From: Acidimicrobiia bacterium
GTDB taxonomy: Bacteria > Actinomycetota > Acidimicrobiia > Spongiisociales > UBA11373
DNA length: 64,000 nt
NCBI GenBank assembly: GCA_035464675.1
Contig: DATHSA010000081.1
Span: 32,100 to 96,099, forward strand
Direction of reading: 5' to 3'
Shown here: in pieces, positions 1 through 8,921 of the stretch
Layout of the letters: each line of letters begins with the position of its first letter
Position numbering within the stretch: position 1 is the stretch's first letter
Translations under genes and position numbers: made by a program
The notes under the pieces: model-generated
Seen by the model: only the letters and a program-made list of their open reading frames with translations
The model's database searches: none
What the model was told of the DNA's origin: nothing

Positions 1-248
1 GCGCTGTTGACGCGGGCCACGGTGCCCGCCATCGGCGCGTAGACCTCGGCGAGCGACTTGGTCGACTCGACCTCGGCGACGGTCGTTCCGGCCTCGACAT
101 GATTCCCCTCGGCGGGCAGATCGACGAAGACGACGTCTCCCAAGGCGTCCTGGGCGTAGTCGGTGATCCCGATGCGGACCAGGCCGTCGTCCTCGAGGAG
201 TCCCCACTCGTGCTGGTCGGTGTAGCGGCGGTCGGAGGGGACGTTCAC
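1..248 (-). CDS. gcvH: glycine cleavage system H protein, N-terminal ~82 aa (C-terminus lies beyond window start)
   Basis: Not in ORF track (truncated). Revcomp of 1-248 reads [82 protein letters not shown], a typical GcvH lipoyl domain (HEW, ESTK lipoyl-Lys). GTG start at 246-248 overlaps pgsA stop 245-247 (GTGA). Confidence 0.8.
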   Translation of the reverse strand, partial: MNVPSDRRYTDQHEWGLLEDDGLVRIGITDYAQDALGDVVFVDLPAEGNHVEAGTTVAEVESTKSLAEVYAPMAGTVARVNS

Positions 249-820
249 CGGGCAACTCCTGGGTCGGCTTCCGGCCCGGAGGATACCGCTCGTGACGCAC
301 GCCACATGTCGCTCATGTACTGGGTGGCGACGACGTAGTAGAGGAGCAGCGACGGCACGACGAGGATCCATCCCGCCGCGCCCCAGAACCCGGAGCCGGT
401 TCCCTCGTACACGTAGAAGGAGGGGATCGCGAAGTAGAGCCCGAACGTGGCGATCTTCCCCATCCGTCGCACCGGGATCTGGGCGCGGAAGCGGATCGCG
501 AGTGCCAGCGCGCCCAGCCCCACCACGGACTCCCGGACGACGAGCAATGCGGCGACGACCCAGGGAAGAGTCCCAGTGATCCATCCGACGATCACTGCGG
601 CGGCCACGGCGAACCGGTCGGCGAGCGGGTCGAGCATCTTGCCGAGATTCGACACCTGGCCGAGACGCCGGGCCAGGTAGCCGTCGATCCAGTCGGTGGC
701 GCCGATGAAGCCGAGCAGCAGGCCGGCTGACGTGGCGTCGTCCCGGCCCACCGCCAGCCACACGAACAGCGGAACGAGCAGGATCCGCGCGAAGGAGATC
801 AGATTGGGGATGGTGAGCAT
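245..820 (-). CDS. pgsA: CDP-alcohol phosphatidyltransferase (CDP-diacylglycerol--glycerol-3-phosphate 3-phosphatidyltransferase)
   Basis: 191 aa; [10 protein letters not shown]...G..LDPLAD motif of the CDP-OH phosphotransferase family; multiple TM segments. Confidence 0.88.
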   Translation of the reverse strand: MLTIPNLISFARILLVPLFVWLAVGRDDATSAGLLLGFIGATDWIDGYLARRLGQVSNLGKMLDPLADRFAVAAAVIVGWITGTLPWVVAALLVVRESVVGLGALALAIRFRAQIPVRRMGKIATFGLYFAIPSFYVYEGTGSGFWGAAGWILVVPSLLLYYVVATQYMSDMWRASRAVSSGPEADPGVAR

Positions 821-1227
821 CAGGTCGCGGCTCGCACCCTGAACGGAATGCGGGCGAGCTCCGTCCCCTCGTGCTCGACGAGGAACACGTAACCCCCCGG
901 CTTGGGGAACCGGACATTCCCGAAGGCGCCGACGAGAGGCACCACCGTCGATGCTCCCGCCGGGAGTGACGACGGGGCTCCGACCCGGAGGTTCCCCTGT
1001 GACTCGATCCCCATCTCGCTGCCGTCCTCGTCGAGCAGCACGATCCTGAGGGGAAGATCCCGGTTGCGATCACCGGGTCCGACCTCGGCGACGAGGACCA
1101 CCGCAAGGCTTCGGTAGACCACCGGGAAGGACTTGGCGGTGATCATGTCGAAGGCGCCGCCGAGCACGTACAGCTTGCCGGCGGTGACCTGCGCGGCGTC
1201 GGCCAGCATCGCCGATGTGAGCCTCAT
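820..1227 (-). CDS. hypothetical protein
   Basis: ORF 820..1287. Preferred start is M21 (MRLTSAML) at 1225-1227, which overlaps the stop of the upstream VOC gene (ATGA). No recognisable family. Confidence 0.55.
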   Translation of the reverse strand: MRLTSAMLADAAQVTAGKLYVLGGAFDMITAKSFPVVYRSLAVVLVAEVGPGDRNRDLPLRIVLLDEDGSEMGIESQGNLRVGAPSSLPAGASTVVPLVGAFGNVRFPKPGGYVFLVEHEGTELARIPFRVRAAT

Positions 1228-1565
1228 GACCCGGCCGGCTCCTCCAGGGCGTAGACGCGCCCGTCGGGATCCCGCACCCGGAGCCACCGGGTGCCCCAGT
1301 GGGTGGCTTCGGCCGGAGTGATCACCTCGACGCCAGGGCCGGGTTCGAACGAATCCGCCGACTCGACATCGAAGAACACGTTGGCGGCCGGATCGTCCTG
1401 CACCTCCGCGAGCACCACGACCGCCTCGTTGCAGCGGAGGCGGCCGGCCCGATGGCCCTCACTTCCCCAGCGCTCCTCGAAAGAGAATCCGAGTCCCTCC
1501 CAGAAGGCGACGCTCCGCTCCCAGTGGCGTGTCTCGGCATAGAGGTGGTCGATCCCCCGAAGCAT
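1224..1565 (-). CDS. VOC/glyoxalase-bleomycin resistance family protein
   Basis: 113 aa, small beta-alpha-beta-beta-beta VOC-like sequence (GIDHLY..E..FW.GLGF..). Confidence 0.7.
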   Translation of the reverse strand: MLRGIDHLYAETRHWERSVAFWEGLGFSFEERWGSEGHRAGRLRCNEAVVVLAEVQDDPAANVFFDVESADSFEPGPGVEVITPAEATHWGTRWLRVRDPDGRVYALEEPAGS

Positions 1566-1636
1566 GGGCCGACTGTAGTTGGCGCCCGTGGCGCGTCTGA
1601 TGGCATCGGCTGGGGACGCCGGATGAGAGGAGCCGG

Positions 1637-2287
1637 TCAGCCGCCTGCAGCGGCGATCCAGGTGGCGGTCTCCCTGATCTGCTGCTGGGCGTGGATGTCG
1701 AGCCCCGCCAGGGCGGCATCCGCGGCGATCAGTCCCGCGAGGTCGGCCGATCCCCAGTCGATCTCATCGGCGGCGTCGCGATAGATGTCGAAGATCGTCA
1801 GCCCGGGTGGCGGGGTCGAGCCCTCCCACTCGAACGGCTCCTGGCAGACGTCGAAGGAGACCAGGTCCGGCCACGCGTCGAACACCCCCGGAACGAACGT
1901 CTTTGCCAGGGGAACGAAGTCTGCGACATAGTCCTCGGACGTCTTGGCGACCAACGGGGTGAGATAGAGGGCGAGGTGGTTGCCCTCGGGGGTCTCCCGA
2001 TAGGTGGCTCGATCGATGAGCGCGGCGCGGCCGACCCGGTAGCCCAGCGGCTCGACCAGCGGGTCGAAGATCGCCGCCAGGGCGTCGAAGTCCGCCGGTG
2101 GCAGAGCCTCTCCGCTCGGGACGATCAGGGGGCTCGTGGTGGTCGCGTGTGGCTCGCTGGTCGTGGTGGCGGTTGTCGCCGTCGACGTCGTGGCGGGGGC
2201 GGCGGTCGTCGAGCTGGGTGCAGCGTCGTCGGTGCACGCCGCGACGACGAGCAGGACCGCGGTCATCGCGATGATTCGGTTGGTCAT
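1637..2287 (-). CDS. secreted lipoprotein with Thr/Ala-rich linker
   Basis: ORF 1637..2485. Start at internal M (MTNRIIAMTAVLLVVAAC) gives signal peptide plus lipobox LVVAAC, followed by TTAAPATTSTATTATTT linker. Confidence 0.65.
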   Translation of the reverse strand: MTNRIIAMTAVLLVVAACTDDAAPSSTTAAPATTSTATTATTTSEPHATTTSPLIVPSGEALPPADFDALAAIFDPLVEPLGYRVGRAALIDRATYRETPEGNHLALYLTPLVAKTSEDYVADFVPLAKTFVPGVFDAWPDLVSFDVCQEPFEWEGSTPPPGLTIFDIYRDAADEIDWGSADLAGLIAADAALAGLDIHAQQQIRETATWIAAAGG

Positions 2288-2342
2288 GGCGGTCGATGGT
2301 ACGGGCCCTTCGCCGATAACCTCTCCCGCAGAGAGGAGCCAT

Positions 2343-2813
2343 GTGAGACGGTCGACCGCTGCCCTGATGCTCGTCCTCGCAATCGCCGCGTGTGGAGGCG
2401 GCGGATTGGCCCGCGACGACACCGGCAGGGTCATCCGGCCGCAGGACGCGGCGGTGCCCGAGCTGCAGACCGGGGACTGCTTCAACGATCCCGAGCCCGA
2501 CGAGCTCGACGAGATCGAGGCGGTCGAGGTGGTGCCGTGTGACCTGGCTCACGACAACGAGATCTTCCACTCCTTCACCCTGGCGGAAGGGGCAATGCCC
2601 ACCCAGGAGGAGATCTTCGAGTTGTCGGCGGGCCAGTGCCTCCCCGCATTCGACGCATTCGTGGGAATCCGATTCGAGCTGTCCGAGATGGACGTGTTCC
2701 CCCTGACGCCGACCCCCGAGCAATGGGAGGAAGGGCACCGGACCATCCACTGCGTTCTCTTCAACCTCGATCTGAGCGATCTGGTGGGATCGGCCCGGGG
2801 CGCTGCCCGCTAA
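2343..2813 (+). CDS. Cys-containing lipoprotein (paralog of 7668..8096; possibly septum-formation-like family)
   Basis: GTG/ATG start giving MLVLAIAAC lipobox; conserved GDCFND, VVPC..HDNE, CLPAFDAFVG, HC motifs shared with the 7668..8096 product. Confidence 0.7.
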   Translation: MRRSTAALMLVLAIAACGGGGLARDDTGRVIRPQDAAVPELQTGDCFNDPEPDELDEIEAVEVVPCDLAHDNEIFHSFTLAEGAMPTQEEIFELSAGQCLPAFDAFVGIRFELSEMDVFPLTPTPEQWEEGHRTIHCVLFNLDLSDLVGSARGAAR

Positions 2814-2818
2814 ATCTC

Positions 2819-4006
2819 CTACACGACGCCGAGCGATCTCCCGACGGTCGCGAATGCATCGATGCAGCGGTCGAGGTCTGCATCCGAGTGCGCAGCCGAC
2901 ACCATCGCCCGGATCCGCGCAGTGCCCCGTGGCACGGTCGGGTAGGCGATCGCCTGGGCGAACACCGCAGCGTCGTCGAACAGGCGCCGGGAGAACTCCT
3001 GGGCCAGTGCCTCCTCCCCGAGGATCACCGGGGTGATGGGGGTCTGGGTGTGGCCGGTGTCGAAGCCGAGTGCGTTCATGCCGTCCCGGAAACGCTCGGC
3101 GTTCGACCAGAGGCGATCGACCAGCGTCGTCGACTCCTCGAGCACGTCGACCGCAGCGATGCACGCCGCGGCATCGGCGGGCGTGACCGCAGACGAGAAG
3201 AGGAACGGGCGGGCGCGCTGCCTCAGCCACTCGACGAGAACGGCCGGTCCGGCGACATAGCCACCCATCACGCCGAAGGCCTTCGACATGGTCCCCACCT
3301 CGACATGGACGCGGCCGTGGAGGCCGAAGTGGTCGACGATCCCTCGCCCGCCTTCCCCGAGGACACCCTCGCCGTGGGCGTCGTCGACCATGACGATCGC
3401 GTCGCGTCGTTCCGCAACGTCGACGATCGCGTCGAGGGGGGCGATGTCGCCGTCCATCGAGAAGACACCGTCGGTGATCACGAGCACCCGGTCGGCGCCC
3501 TCGCTCCGAGCCTCCCCGAGCACGGTGTCGAGGTGATCGGCATCCCCGTGCCGATACACGTACCGCGTCGCCTTGCAGAGGCGCACTCCGTCGACGATCG
3601 ATGCATGGTTGAGGGCGTCCGACACCACCGCGTCGCCCTCTCCGACGAGTGCTGGAATCGTGCCGAGGTTCGCCACGAACCCCGACTGCAGCGAAATGGC
3701 GGCTTCGACACCCTTGAAGGCTGCCAGCCGTGTTTCCAGCTCCGTGTGGATGGTCATGGTTCCGGCGATGGTCCGGACAGCCCCCGGCCCGACGCCATGG
3801 TCGTCCAGCGCCTTCTTTGCGGCGGTGATCAGCCGCGGATCGTTGGCCAGGCCGAGGTAGTTGTTGGAGCAGAAGTTCAGAACCTCGCGCCCGTCGATCT
3901 CCAGCTCTGCACCCTGCGGACCGGCTATCTGGCGGATCGTCGTGAACAGGCCCTGGCCGCGCAGGTCTGCCAGTTCACCCTCGAGGAATTCGAGCGGATC
4001 GCTCAC
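2819..4006 (-). CDS. kbl: glycine C-acetyltransferase (2-amino-3-ketobutyrate CoA ligase)
   Basis: Class II aminotransferase / alpha-oxoamine synthase motifs (TMSKAFG PLP-lysine region). Directly downstream of tdh. GTG start (VSDPLEF) overlaps tdh stop (GTGA). Confidence 0.85.
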   Translation of the reverse strand: MSDPLEFLEGELADLRGQGLFTTIRQIAGPQGAELEIDGREVLNFCSNNYLGLANDPRLITAAKKALDDHGVGPGAVRTIAGTMTIHTELETRLAAFKGVEAAISLQSGFVANLGTIPALVGEGDAVVSDALNHASIVDGVRLCKATRYVYRHGDADHLDTVLGEARSEGADRVLVITDGVFSMDGDIAPLDAIVDVAERRDAIVMVDDAHGEGVLGEGGRGIVDHFGLHGRVHVEVGTMSKAFGVMGGYVAGPAVLVEWLRQRARPFLFSSAVTPADAAACIAAVDVLEESTTLVDRLWSNAERFRDGMNALGFDTGHTQTPITPVILGEEALAQEFSRRLFDDAAVFAQAIAYPTVPRGTARIRAMVSAAHSDADLDRCIDAFATVGRSLGVV

Positions 4007-5067
4007 ACGGTCTCCAGAGGTCCGTCGGCGTCCTCCGGATCGAAGAACATCACGACCTTGCCGCACTCACCCGACGCCATGAGATCGAAGGCCGCGTCGA
4101 AGTCCTCGATCCGAAAGCGGTGGGTGACCAGCGGCGCCAGGTCCACTCCCCCGCCTCGGAGCAGTGCCTTGCCCTCGTACCAGGTCTCCCACAGCCGTCG
4201 CCCGACGATGCCGTGGACCGTGGCTCCTTTGAAGACGACGGCGTCGTCGAGGTCGAACTGGATCGGCTTCGAGGACAACCCGAGGAGCGCAGCGTGCCCG
4301 CCGGGCTTCAGCACCTCGAATCCCTCGGTGATCGCGCTCTCTGCGCCACTCATCTCGAGCAGGACGTCGACTCCCTCCCCGTCGGTCGCCTCGCGTACGG
4401 CCGCCGCGACGTCGTCGCGGCGGGGGTTGATCGTCAGAGTCGCGCCCAACGTTCGTGCCAGATCGAGTCGGTAGTCGCTGACGTCGGTGGAGATCACACT
4501 CCGCGCACCGAGTGCCCGAGCGACTGCGACCGCCATCACGCCCACCGGGCCGGCACCGGTGACCAGAACCTTCCGCCCCGCCACGGGCGGGGTCGATGCC
4601 GTATGAACGGCATTCCCGAAGTTCTCGAGGAGCGAGGCGATCGAATATTGCGTGCCCGGGGTGTTGGGCCACGCGTTGATCGCCGGGATGGTCACGTACT
4701 CGGCGAAGGCACCGTCCCGATGCACTCCCAGGATCCTCGTCTGCGGGCACAGGTGGCCCCTTCCGGTGCGGCACCACGCACAGGTCCCGTCGACGACGTG
4801 GGACTCGACCGAGACGAGGGATCCGACGGGGGGCCCGGTGACGCCCGGGCCGTGTGCCTCCACGATGCCGCACATCTCGTGGCCGATGACGAGGGGTGGC
4901 AGGACATGCTCAGCGGCCCAGGGGTCCCATGAGCGGATGTGCAGATCGGTGCCGCAGATCGACGCCGCCTTGACCTTGATGAGGACCTCCCCCTCACGCG
5001 GTTCCGGGATCGGTTGATCGGCCCACTCGAGGCCAGGCCCTGGACCTGTCTTGACGACGGCGCGCAT
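4003..5067 (-). CDS. tdh: L-threonine 3-dehydrogenase
   Basis: Zn-dependent MDR fold (CGTDLH, GHE..G, GxGxxG). Start at [10 protein letters not shown] rather than the ORF's upstream M. Operon with kbl. Confidence 0.88.
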   Translation of the reverse strand: MRAVVKTGPGPGLEWADQPIPEPREGEVLIKVKAASICGTDLHIRSWDPWAAEHVLPPLVIGHEMCGIVEAHGPGVTGPPVGSLVSVESHVVDGTCAWCRTGRGHLCPQTRILGVHRDGAFAEYVTIPAINAWPNTPGTQYSIASLLENFGNAVHTASTPPVAGRKVLVTGAGPVGVMAVAVARALGARSVISTDVSDYRLDLARTLGATLTINPRRDDVAAAVREATDGEGVDVLLEMSGAESAITEGFEVLKPGGHAALLGLSSKPIQFDLDDAVVFKGATVHGIVGRRLWETWYEGKALLRGGGVDLAPLVTHRFRIEDFDAAFDLMASGECGKVVMFFDPEDADGPLETV

Positions 5068-5117
5068 CGCGACGGAGGGTAATAGGCGCCACGGGCCCGG
5101 TTCGAGCGGGGAAGCCC

Positions 5118-6386
5118 GTGGGGCGGGGGGCGCGGAGCGGGTCACGACACGAACTCCTCCGATACCATCCGAGGGTGACACTGACGGCCGACGAGCTCGC
5201 CGCCAGGTCGGGGGTGGCCCCCGCGGATGTACGACGCCTCGTGGATCTCGGGCTTCTCTCCGAGCGGGACCCGGGTCGCTACGACGAGGCAGTGATCCCG
5301 CGCGTCAGGCTGGCGGCGGCGCTCGAAGGCTCGGGTATCTCGCTCGCAGATGTTGCCGATGCGGTCCGGAAGACGAACCTCTCGCTCTCCTTCGCGGATC
5401 GCCTCTTCGGACGACCGAGCGGGGTCCTCTCGATCAGCGGCCGGCAGCTTGCCTCGGAGCTGGCCGTCTCCGGTGATCTCGTCGACGAGATTCAGACATC
5501 GTTGGGCATCGACCCCGAAGAGCCGGCGCTCGAGCAGGATGCCGAGATCTTGCGCACCCTCGACCGGCTCATCTCACTGGGGCTCGACGAGCAGGTGGCG
5601 GCTCGGTTCTTCTATGTGATCGTCGAGAACATGCGAAGAGTGGCCCAGGCCGGTCGCGAGATGTGGAGGGTCGGCGTGGAGGAGCCGCTCCTCGCCGCCG
5701 GGCTCTCTCACGCCGAGATGCTCGAGGCGGAGGCGGGCCCTGCCCCGGAGTCCCAGCTGCTCGGAGAGCGCCTCGTGACGCTCTTGTGGAACCGGTTCAT
5801 CGGTGACGAGATCTATCAGGCGGCGGTGGTGCTGCTCGAGAAGGCACTCACCGAAGCGGGTGTGACACGCGATCGGGAGGCGACGCCGCCGGCGATCGCC
5901 TTCCTCGATCTCACCGGATTCACCGGTCTCACCGAGCGATCCGGCGACGAGGCGGCGTCCCACTTCGCCCGCAGACTGGTGGATGTCCTCCGTCCGTCGG
6001 CGGGCCGGCATCGGGGACGCCTCGTGAAGATGCTCGGCGACGGTGCCATGGTCCACTTCGCGGCGTCGGGAGACGCTGTGCGCTTCGCTCTCGAAGTCGT
6101 CGAGTCGGTGGCCGCTGCGGGGCTCGCTCCCGCCCGCGTGGCCATCAACTCGGGCCCAGTGCTCCTGCGAGATGCCGACTTCTTCGGCGGAACGGTGAAC
6201 GTCGCCGCGCGCCTACTCGACTACGCCCGACCGCGCGAGGTCCTGGTCGCCGCCACGGTTGCGGAACAGGTCGACGACCCAGGAGTGGAGTTCCGGGAGG
6301 TTGGGCCGGCGTCGCTCAAGGGTGTGCAGGCGCCGGTTCTCGTGTACAGCGCCCATCACGTCCCCTCGGCATCGCAGTCGCGCTAG
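5118..6386 (+). CDS. class III adenylate/guanylate cyclase with N-terminal MerR-type HTH-like region
   Basis: C-terminal cyclase core (FLDLTGFTGLTE, MLGDGAMVHF, GGTVNVAARL). N-terminal LTADELAARSGVAPADVRRLVDLGLL resembles a MerR HTH. Start uncertain (5118 or GTG at 5175). Confidence 0.78.
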   Translation: MGRGARSGSRHELLRYHPRVTLTADELAARSGVAPADVRRLVDLGLLSERDPGRYDEAVIPRVRLAAALEGSGISLADVADAVRKTNLSLSFADRLFGRPSGVLSISGRQLASELAVSGDLVDEIQTSLGIDPEEPALEQDAEILRTLDRLISLGLDEQVAARFFYVIVENMRRVAQAGREMWRVGVEEPLLAAGLSHAEMLEAEAGPAPESQLLGERLVTLLWNRFIGDEIYQAAVVLLEKALTEAGVTRDREATPPAIAFLDLTGFTGLTERSGDEAASHFARRLVDVLRPSAGRHRGRLVKMLGDGAMVHFAASGDAVRFALEVVESVAAAGLAPARVAINSGPVLLRDADFFGGTVNVAARLLDYARPREVLVAATVAEQVDDPGVEFREVGPASLKGVQAPVLVYSAHHVPSASQSR

Positions 6387-6441
6387 TGGCCCCGAGCGCC
6401 GACCTCTCGTACCATCATCCACCCGACCCGAGTCCATCGCG

Positions 6442-6831
6442 ATGGCCCAAGAACCCATAGAGATCATCCTGCTTCGCCAGCTCTCGAGCTACCTGATGCT
6501 TCCGATATGGATAACGGATGACCAGGGCAACCTCATCTACTACAACGAGCCGGCGGAGGACCTCCTGGGGCGGCGGTTCGACATCGCCGGTGAGATCCCT
6601 GCCGAGGAGCTGGCCGAACTGTTCGTCACCTCCCACCTCGACGGATCTCCCATCCCGAACGAGGAGCTGCCCCTCATGGTTGCCCTCACCGAACATCATC
6701 CGGCCCACCAGGCGATGCGGATCAAGAGATTCGACGGAGCGCTCCGGACCATCGAAGTGACCTCGGTGCCGGTCGTCGGGCAGGGAGACCGCTTCCTGGG
6801 GACCTTCAACACCTTCTGGGAGAAACGTTGA
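6442..6831 (+). CDS. PAS domain-containing protein
   Basis: Internal M of ORF 6259..6831; about 130 aa with a PAS-like fold (ITDDQGNLIYYNEPAEDLLG). Confidence 0.65.
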   Translation: MAQEPIEIILLRQLSSYLMLPIWITDDQGNLIYYNEPAEDLLGRRFDIAGEIPAEELAELFVTSHLDGSPIPNEELPLMVALTEHHPAHQAMRIKRFDGALRTIEVTSVPVVGQGDRFLGTFNTFWEKR

Positions 6832-7655
6832 AGTTGCGCCTCTGGGGAACCCGCGGATCGGTGGCACGCGCCGGAGAGGAGACGATCCGGTACGGAGGCG
6901 ATACGGCATCGGTCGAAGTCCAGGGCCGCGATGGGAGCATCCTGCTGCTCGACGCAGGCTCGGGCCTGCTCAGGGCCTCGGCCGGGATGGCCTCCGCAGA
7001 GCGGATCGACCTGTTGATCACGCACCTGCACATGGACCATGTCCAGGGTCTCGGGTTCTTCCCGCCCCTGCGACGCGCCGAGGTGGAGACCCATATCTGG
7101 GGACCGATCTCCACCACCGAGTCGTTGGAGGAGCGGCTCCGCCGTTATCTGTCTCCGCCATTGTTCCCGGTGAGGGTGCGTGACCTGCAAGAGGTCCATC
7201 TCCACGATGTCGGGCCGGGCACCTACGAGATTGGCCCATTTCGAGTGACCGCAGACCTCATCATCCATCCCGGGCCCACCCTCGGGTTTCGGATCGAGGA
7301 GAATGGCGGTGGGACACTCGCCTACCTGCCCGATCACGAGCCGGCACTCGGTCACGTGGAGCTCGAAGCAGACCCGAGGTGGACGTCGGGATTCGACCTG
7401 GCGCGCGGCGCCGACGTGCTCATCCACGATGCCCAGTACACGGAGGAGGAATACCTGGATCGCATCGGGTGGGGCCACAGCACGCTCCAGCATGCGATCG
7501 CACTCGCAACACTGGCAGAGGTCGCGACCCTCGTGCCGTTCCACCACGACCCCGAGCACTCCGACGACATGCTCGACGAGATGATGGCGCAGGCCGAGAT
7601 GCCTTCAGGGACAGATCTGGTCCCGGGGAAGTTCGGTCTCGAGCTGGAGGTCTGA
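6828..7655 (+). CDS. MBL-fold metallo-hydrolase (possibly class II cyclic-nucleotide phosphodiesterase-like)
   Basis: THLHMDHVQG HxHxDH motif with downstream His/Asp ligands. TTG start at 6828 overlaps the PAS gene stop (TTGA). Confidence 0.72.
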   Translation: MKLRLWGTRGSVARAGEETIRYGGDTASVEVQGRDGSILLLDAGSGLLRASAGMASAERIDLLITHLHMDHVQGLGFFPPLRRAEVETHIWGPISTTESLEERLRRYLSPPLFPVRVRDLQEVHLHDVGPGTYEIGPFRVTADLIIHPGPTLGFRIEENGGGTLAYLPDHEPALGHVELEADPRWTSGFDLARGADVLIHDAQYTEEEYLDRIGWGHSTLQHAIALATLAEVATLVPFHHDPEHSDDMLDEMMAQAEMPSGTDLVPGKFGLELEV

Positions 7656-7667
7656 CCCGCCCGACCG

Positions 7668-8096
7668 TCAGCGCTGGGCGTTGCGCATCGACCCGGTGAG
7701 CTTGGATTGATCGATCGCATAGACCGAGCAGAGCACTTCGCGGTCGCCCTGGTCCCATGACTGCTGCGTCGGCACCATCGAGAAGAAGTCGAGCTCGCTC
7801 TCGAAGTAGTCCAATCCGACGAACGGCTCGAACTCCTCGAAGCACTCCTGGGTGGCTGCGTTCAGGGCTGCATCGAGACCGGGATAGACGGAGTTGGTCA
7901 TCGAGTACGCGAAGTACACCTCGAGGTCGTGGGGCTCGCTGCAGGCGACCGTGGGGACGACGGTGATCTCGTCCTCGAGGCCCTCGTCGTTGAAGCAATC
8001 GCCGACGCCCAGTTCGAGAACCGAGGTCCGGCCGCTGTCGCACCCGGCGGTGACGACACCGAGAACGATCAGGAGGGCGATGAGACTGCGACGCAT
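7668..8096 (-). CDS. Cys-containing lipoprotein (paralog of 2343..2813)
   Basis: Start at MRRSLIALLIVLGVVTAGC (lipobox); shares GDCFND / VVP.V.C.EPHD.E / ECFEEFEPFVG motifs with the 2343..2813 product. Confidence 0.7.
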   Translation of the reverse strand: MRRSLIALLIVLGVVTAGCDSGRTSVLELGVGDCFNDEGLEDEITVVPTVACSEPHDLEVYFAYSMTNSVYPGLDAALNAATQECFEEFEPFVGLDYFESELDFFSMVPTQQSWDQGDREVLCSVYAIDQSKLTGSMRNAQR

Positions 8097-8176
8097 TGGA
8101 CTCCTTCCGACCGAGCGATGGTAGCGAGGGGGTGCGGTCGACCGGGAGAATGGCAGTGAACCCGGCTGGGTGCGGG

Positions 8177-8398
8177 TCAGTCCTGCGAGAGATCCCGGAT
8201 CATCACCACCATCTCCCGGTGACCCTGAGGTGCGAATCTCGATCGCTCCACGAAGCCCCGGCGACTCAGATCGGAGAGGATCGCGGCGTCGTCGACATAC
8301 TCGCGGGCCCACACGAGGTTGGCTTCGAATCCCGCGAGATCCGCGATCAATCGTGAGAAGAGAGCGTCACCGACACCCCGGAGGTTCTCCGGCGCCAT
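8177..8398 (-). pseudogene. GNAT family N-acetyltransferase, C-terminal half only (truncated remnant)
   Basis: Only GNAT motif A onward is present (LRGVGDALFSRLIADLA...). The upstream in-frame region is low-complexity and not GNAT-like. Lies between a lipoprotein gene and tRNA-Pro. Confidence 0.45.
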
Positions 8399-8697
8399 CA
8401 CCAGGAAGACACGAAAGGAGCCCTCGATGTCGCTCCCCTCCGGCCCCGTAGCCGCGAACGGTTCCGGTGCCATCCTCGGCGACGTAGTGCGACCGGCGCC
8501 CCTCGAATGTCGTGCGCCTCTCGAGCCACCCTCGGTTCCCATCACGATCGAACGGAACCGCCAGGTCCGTGAGTTCGAGGACCCGGGGCCAATCGTCGTG
8601 GGCCGGCGGCCTCAGCGACAGATCCACGACACCGTTCTGGTGGAAACGGGGAACAGCGGACTGGCAGTGGCGCCGGTCAGAGGCGCCTGTCCGTCCG

Positions 8698-8771
8698 TCG
8701 GGCTGGCCGGATTTGAACCGGCGACCTCTTGGCCCCCAGCCAAGCGCGCTGCCAAGCTGCGCCACAGCCCG
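8698..8771 (-). tRNA. tRNA-Pro (anticodon GGG)
   Basis: Minus-strand sequence CGGGCUG UG GCGC AGCUUGGCA GCGC G CUUGG CUGGGGG CCAAG AGGUC GCCGG UUCAAAU CCGGC CAGCCCG A. Cloverleaf with C1:G72 and discriminator A73 typical of tRNA-Pro; CCA not encoded. ORFs 8367..8765 and 8319..8978 overlapping it are spurious. Confidence 0.85.
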
Positions 8772-8801
8772 TGTGGACGAGCATCGTACCCGCCCCGGTT
8801 C

Positions 8802-8921
8802 TCAGAGAAGCCGGTCGACGACCCATGCCCCGATCTGGATCAACCGGACGAGAAGATACGCGGCCGCCGCTCCCACGAAGATCTTGAAGCCGAGCGGGGC
8901 GCGTTCCTCTCGAGTCGTCAT
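8802..8921 (-). CDS. candidate 39-aa hydrophobic peptide translationally coupled to pccB
   Basis: MTTREERAPLGFKIFVGAAAAYLLVRLIQIGAWVVDRLL. ATG 8919-8921 overlaps pccB stop 8918-8920 (ATGA). Position resembles acyl-CoA carboxylase epsilon subunits, but the sequence is not clearly AccE-like. Confidence 0.3.
   Translation of the reverse strand: MTTREERAPLGFKIFVGAAAAYLLVRLIQIGAWVVDRLL

Noticed and set aside
1764-3230. Long ORFs (488 and 612 aa) on strands opposite kbl and the lipoprotein genes, with Arg/Pro/Gly-rich translations
   Set aside because: Typical antisense or out-of-frame open frames of 70% GC DNA; low-complexity composition and full overlap with well-supported genes.
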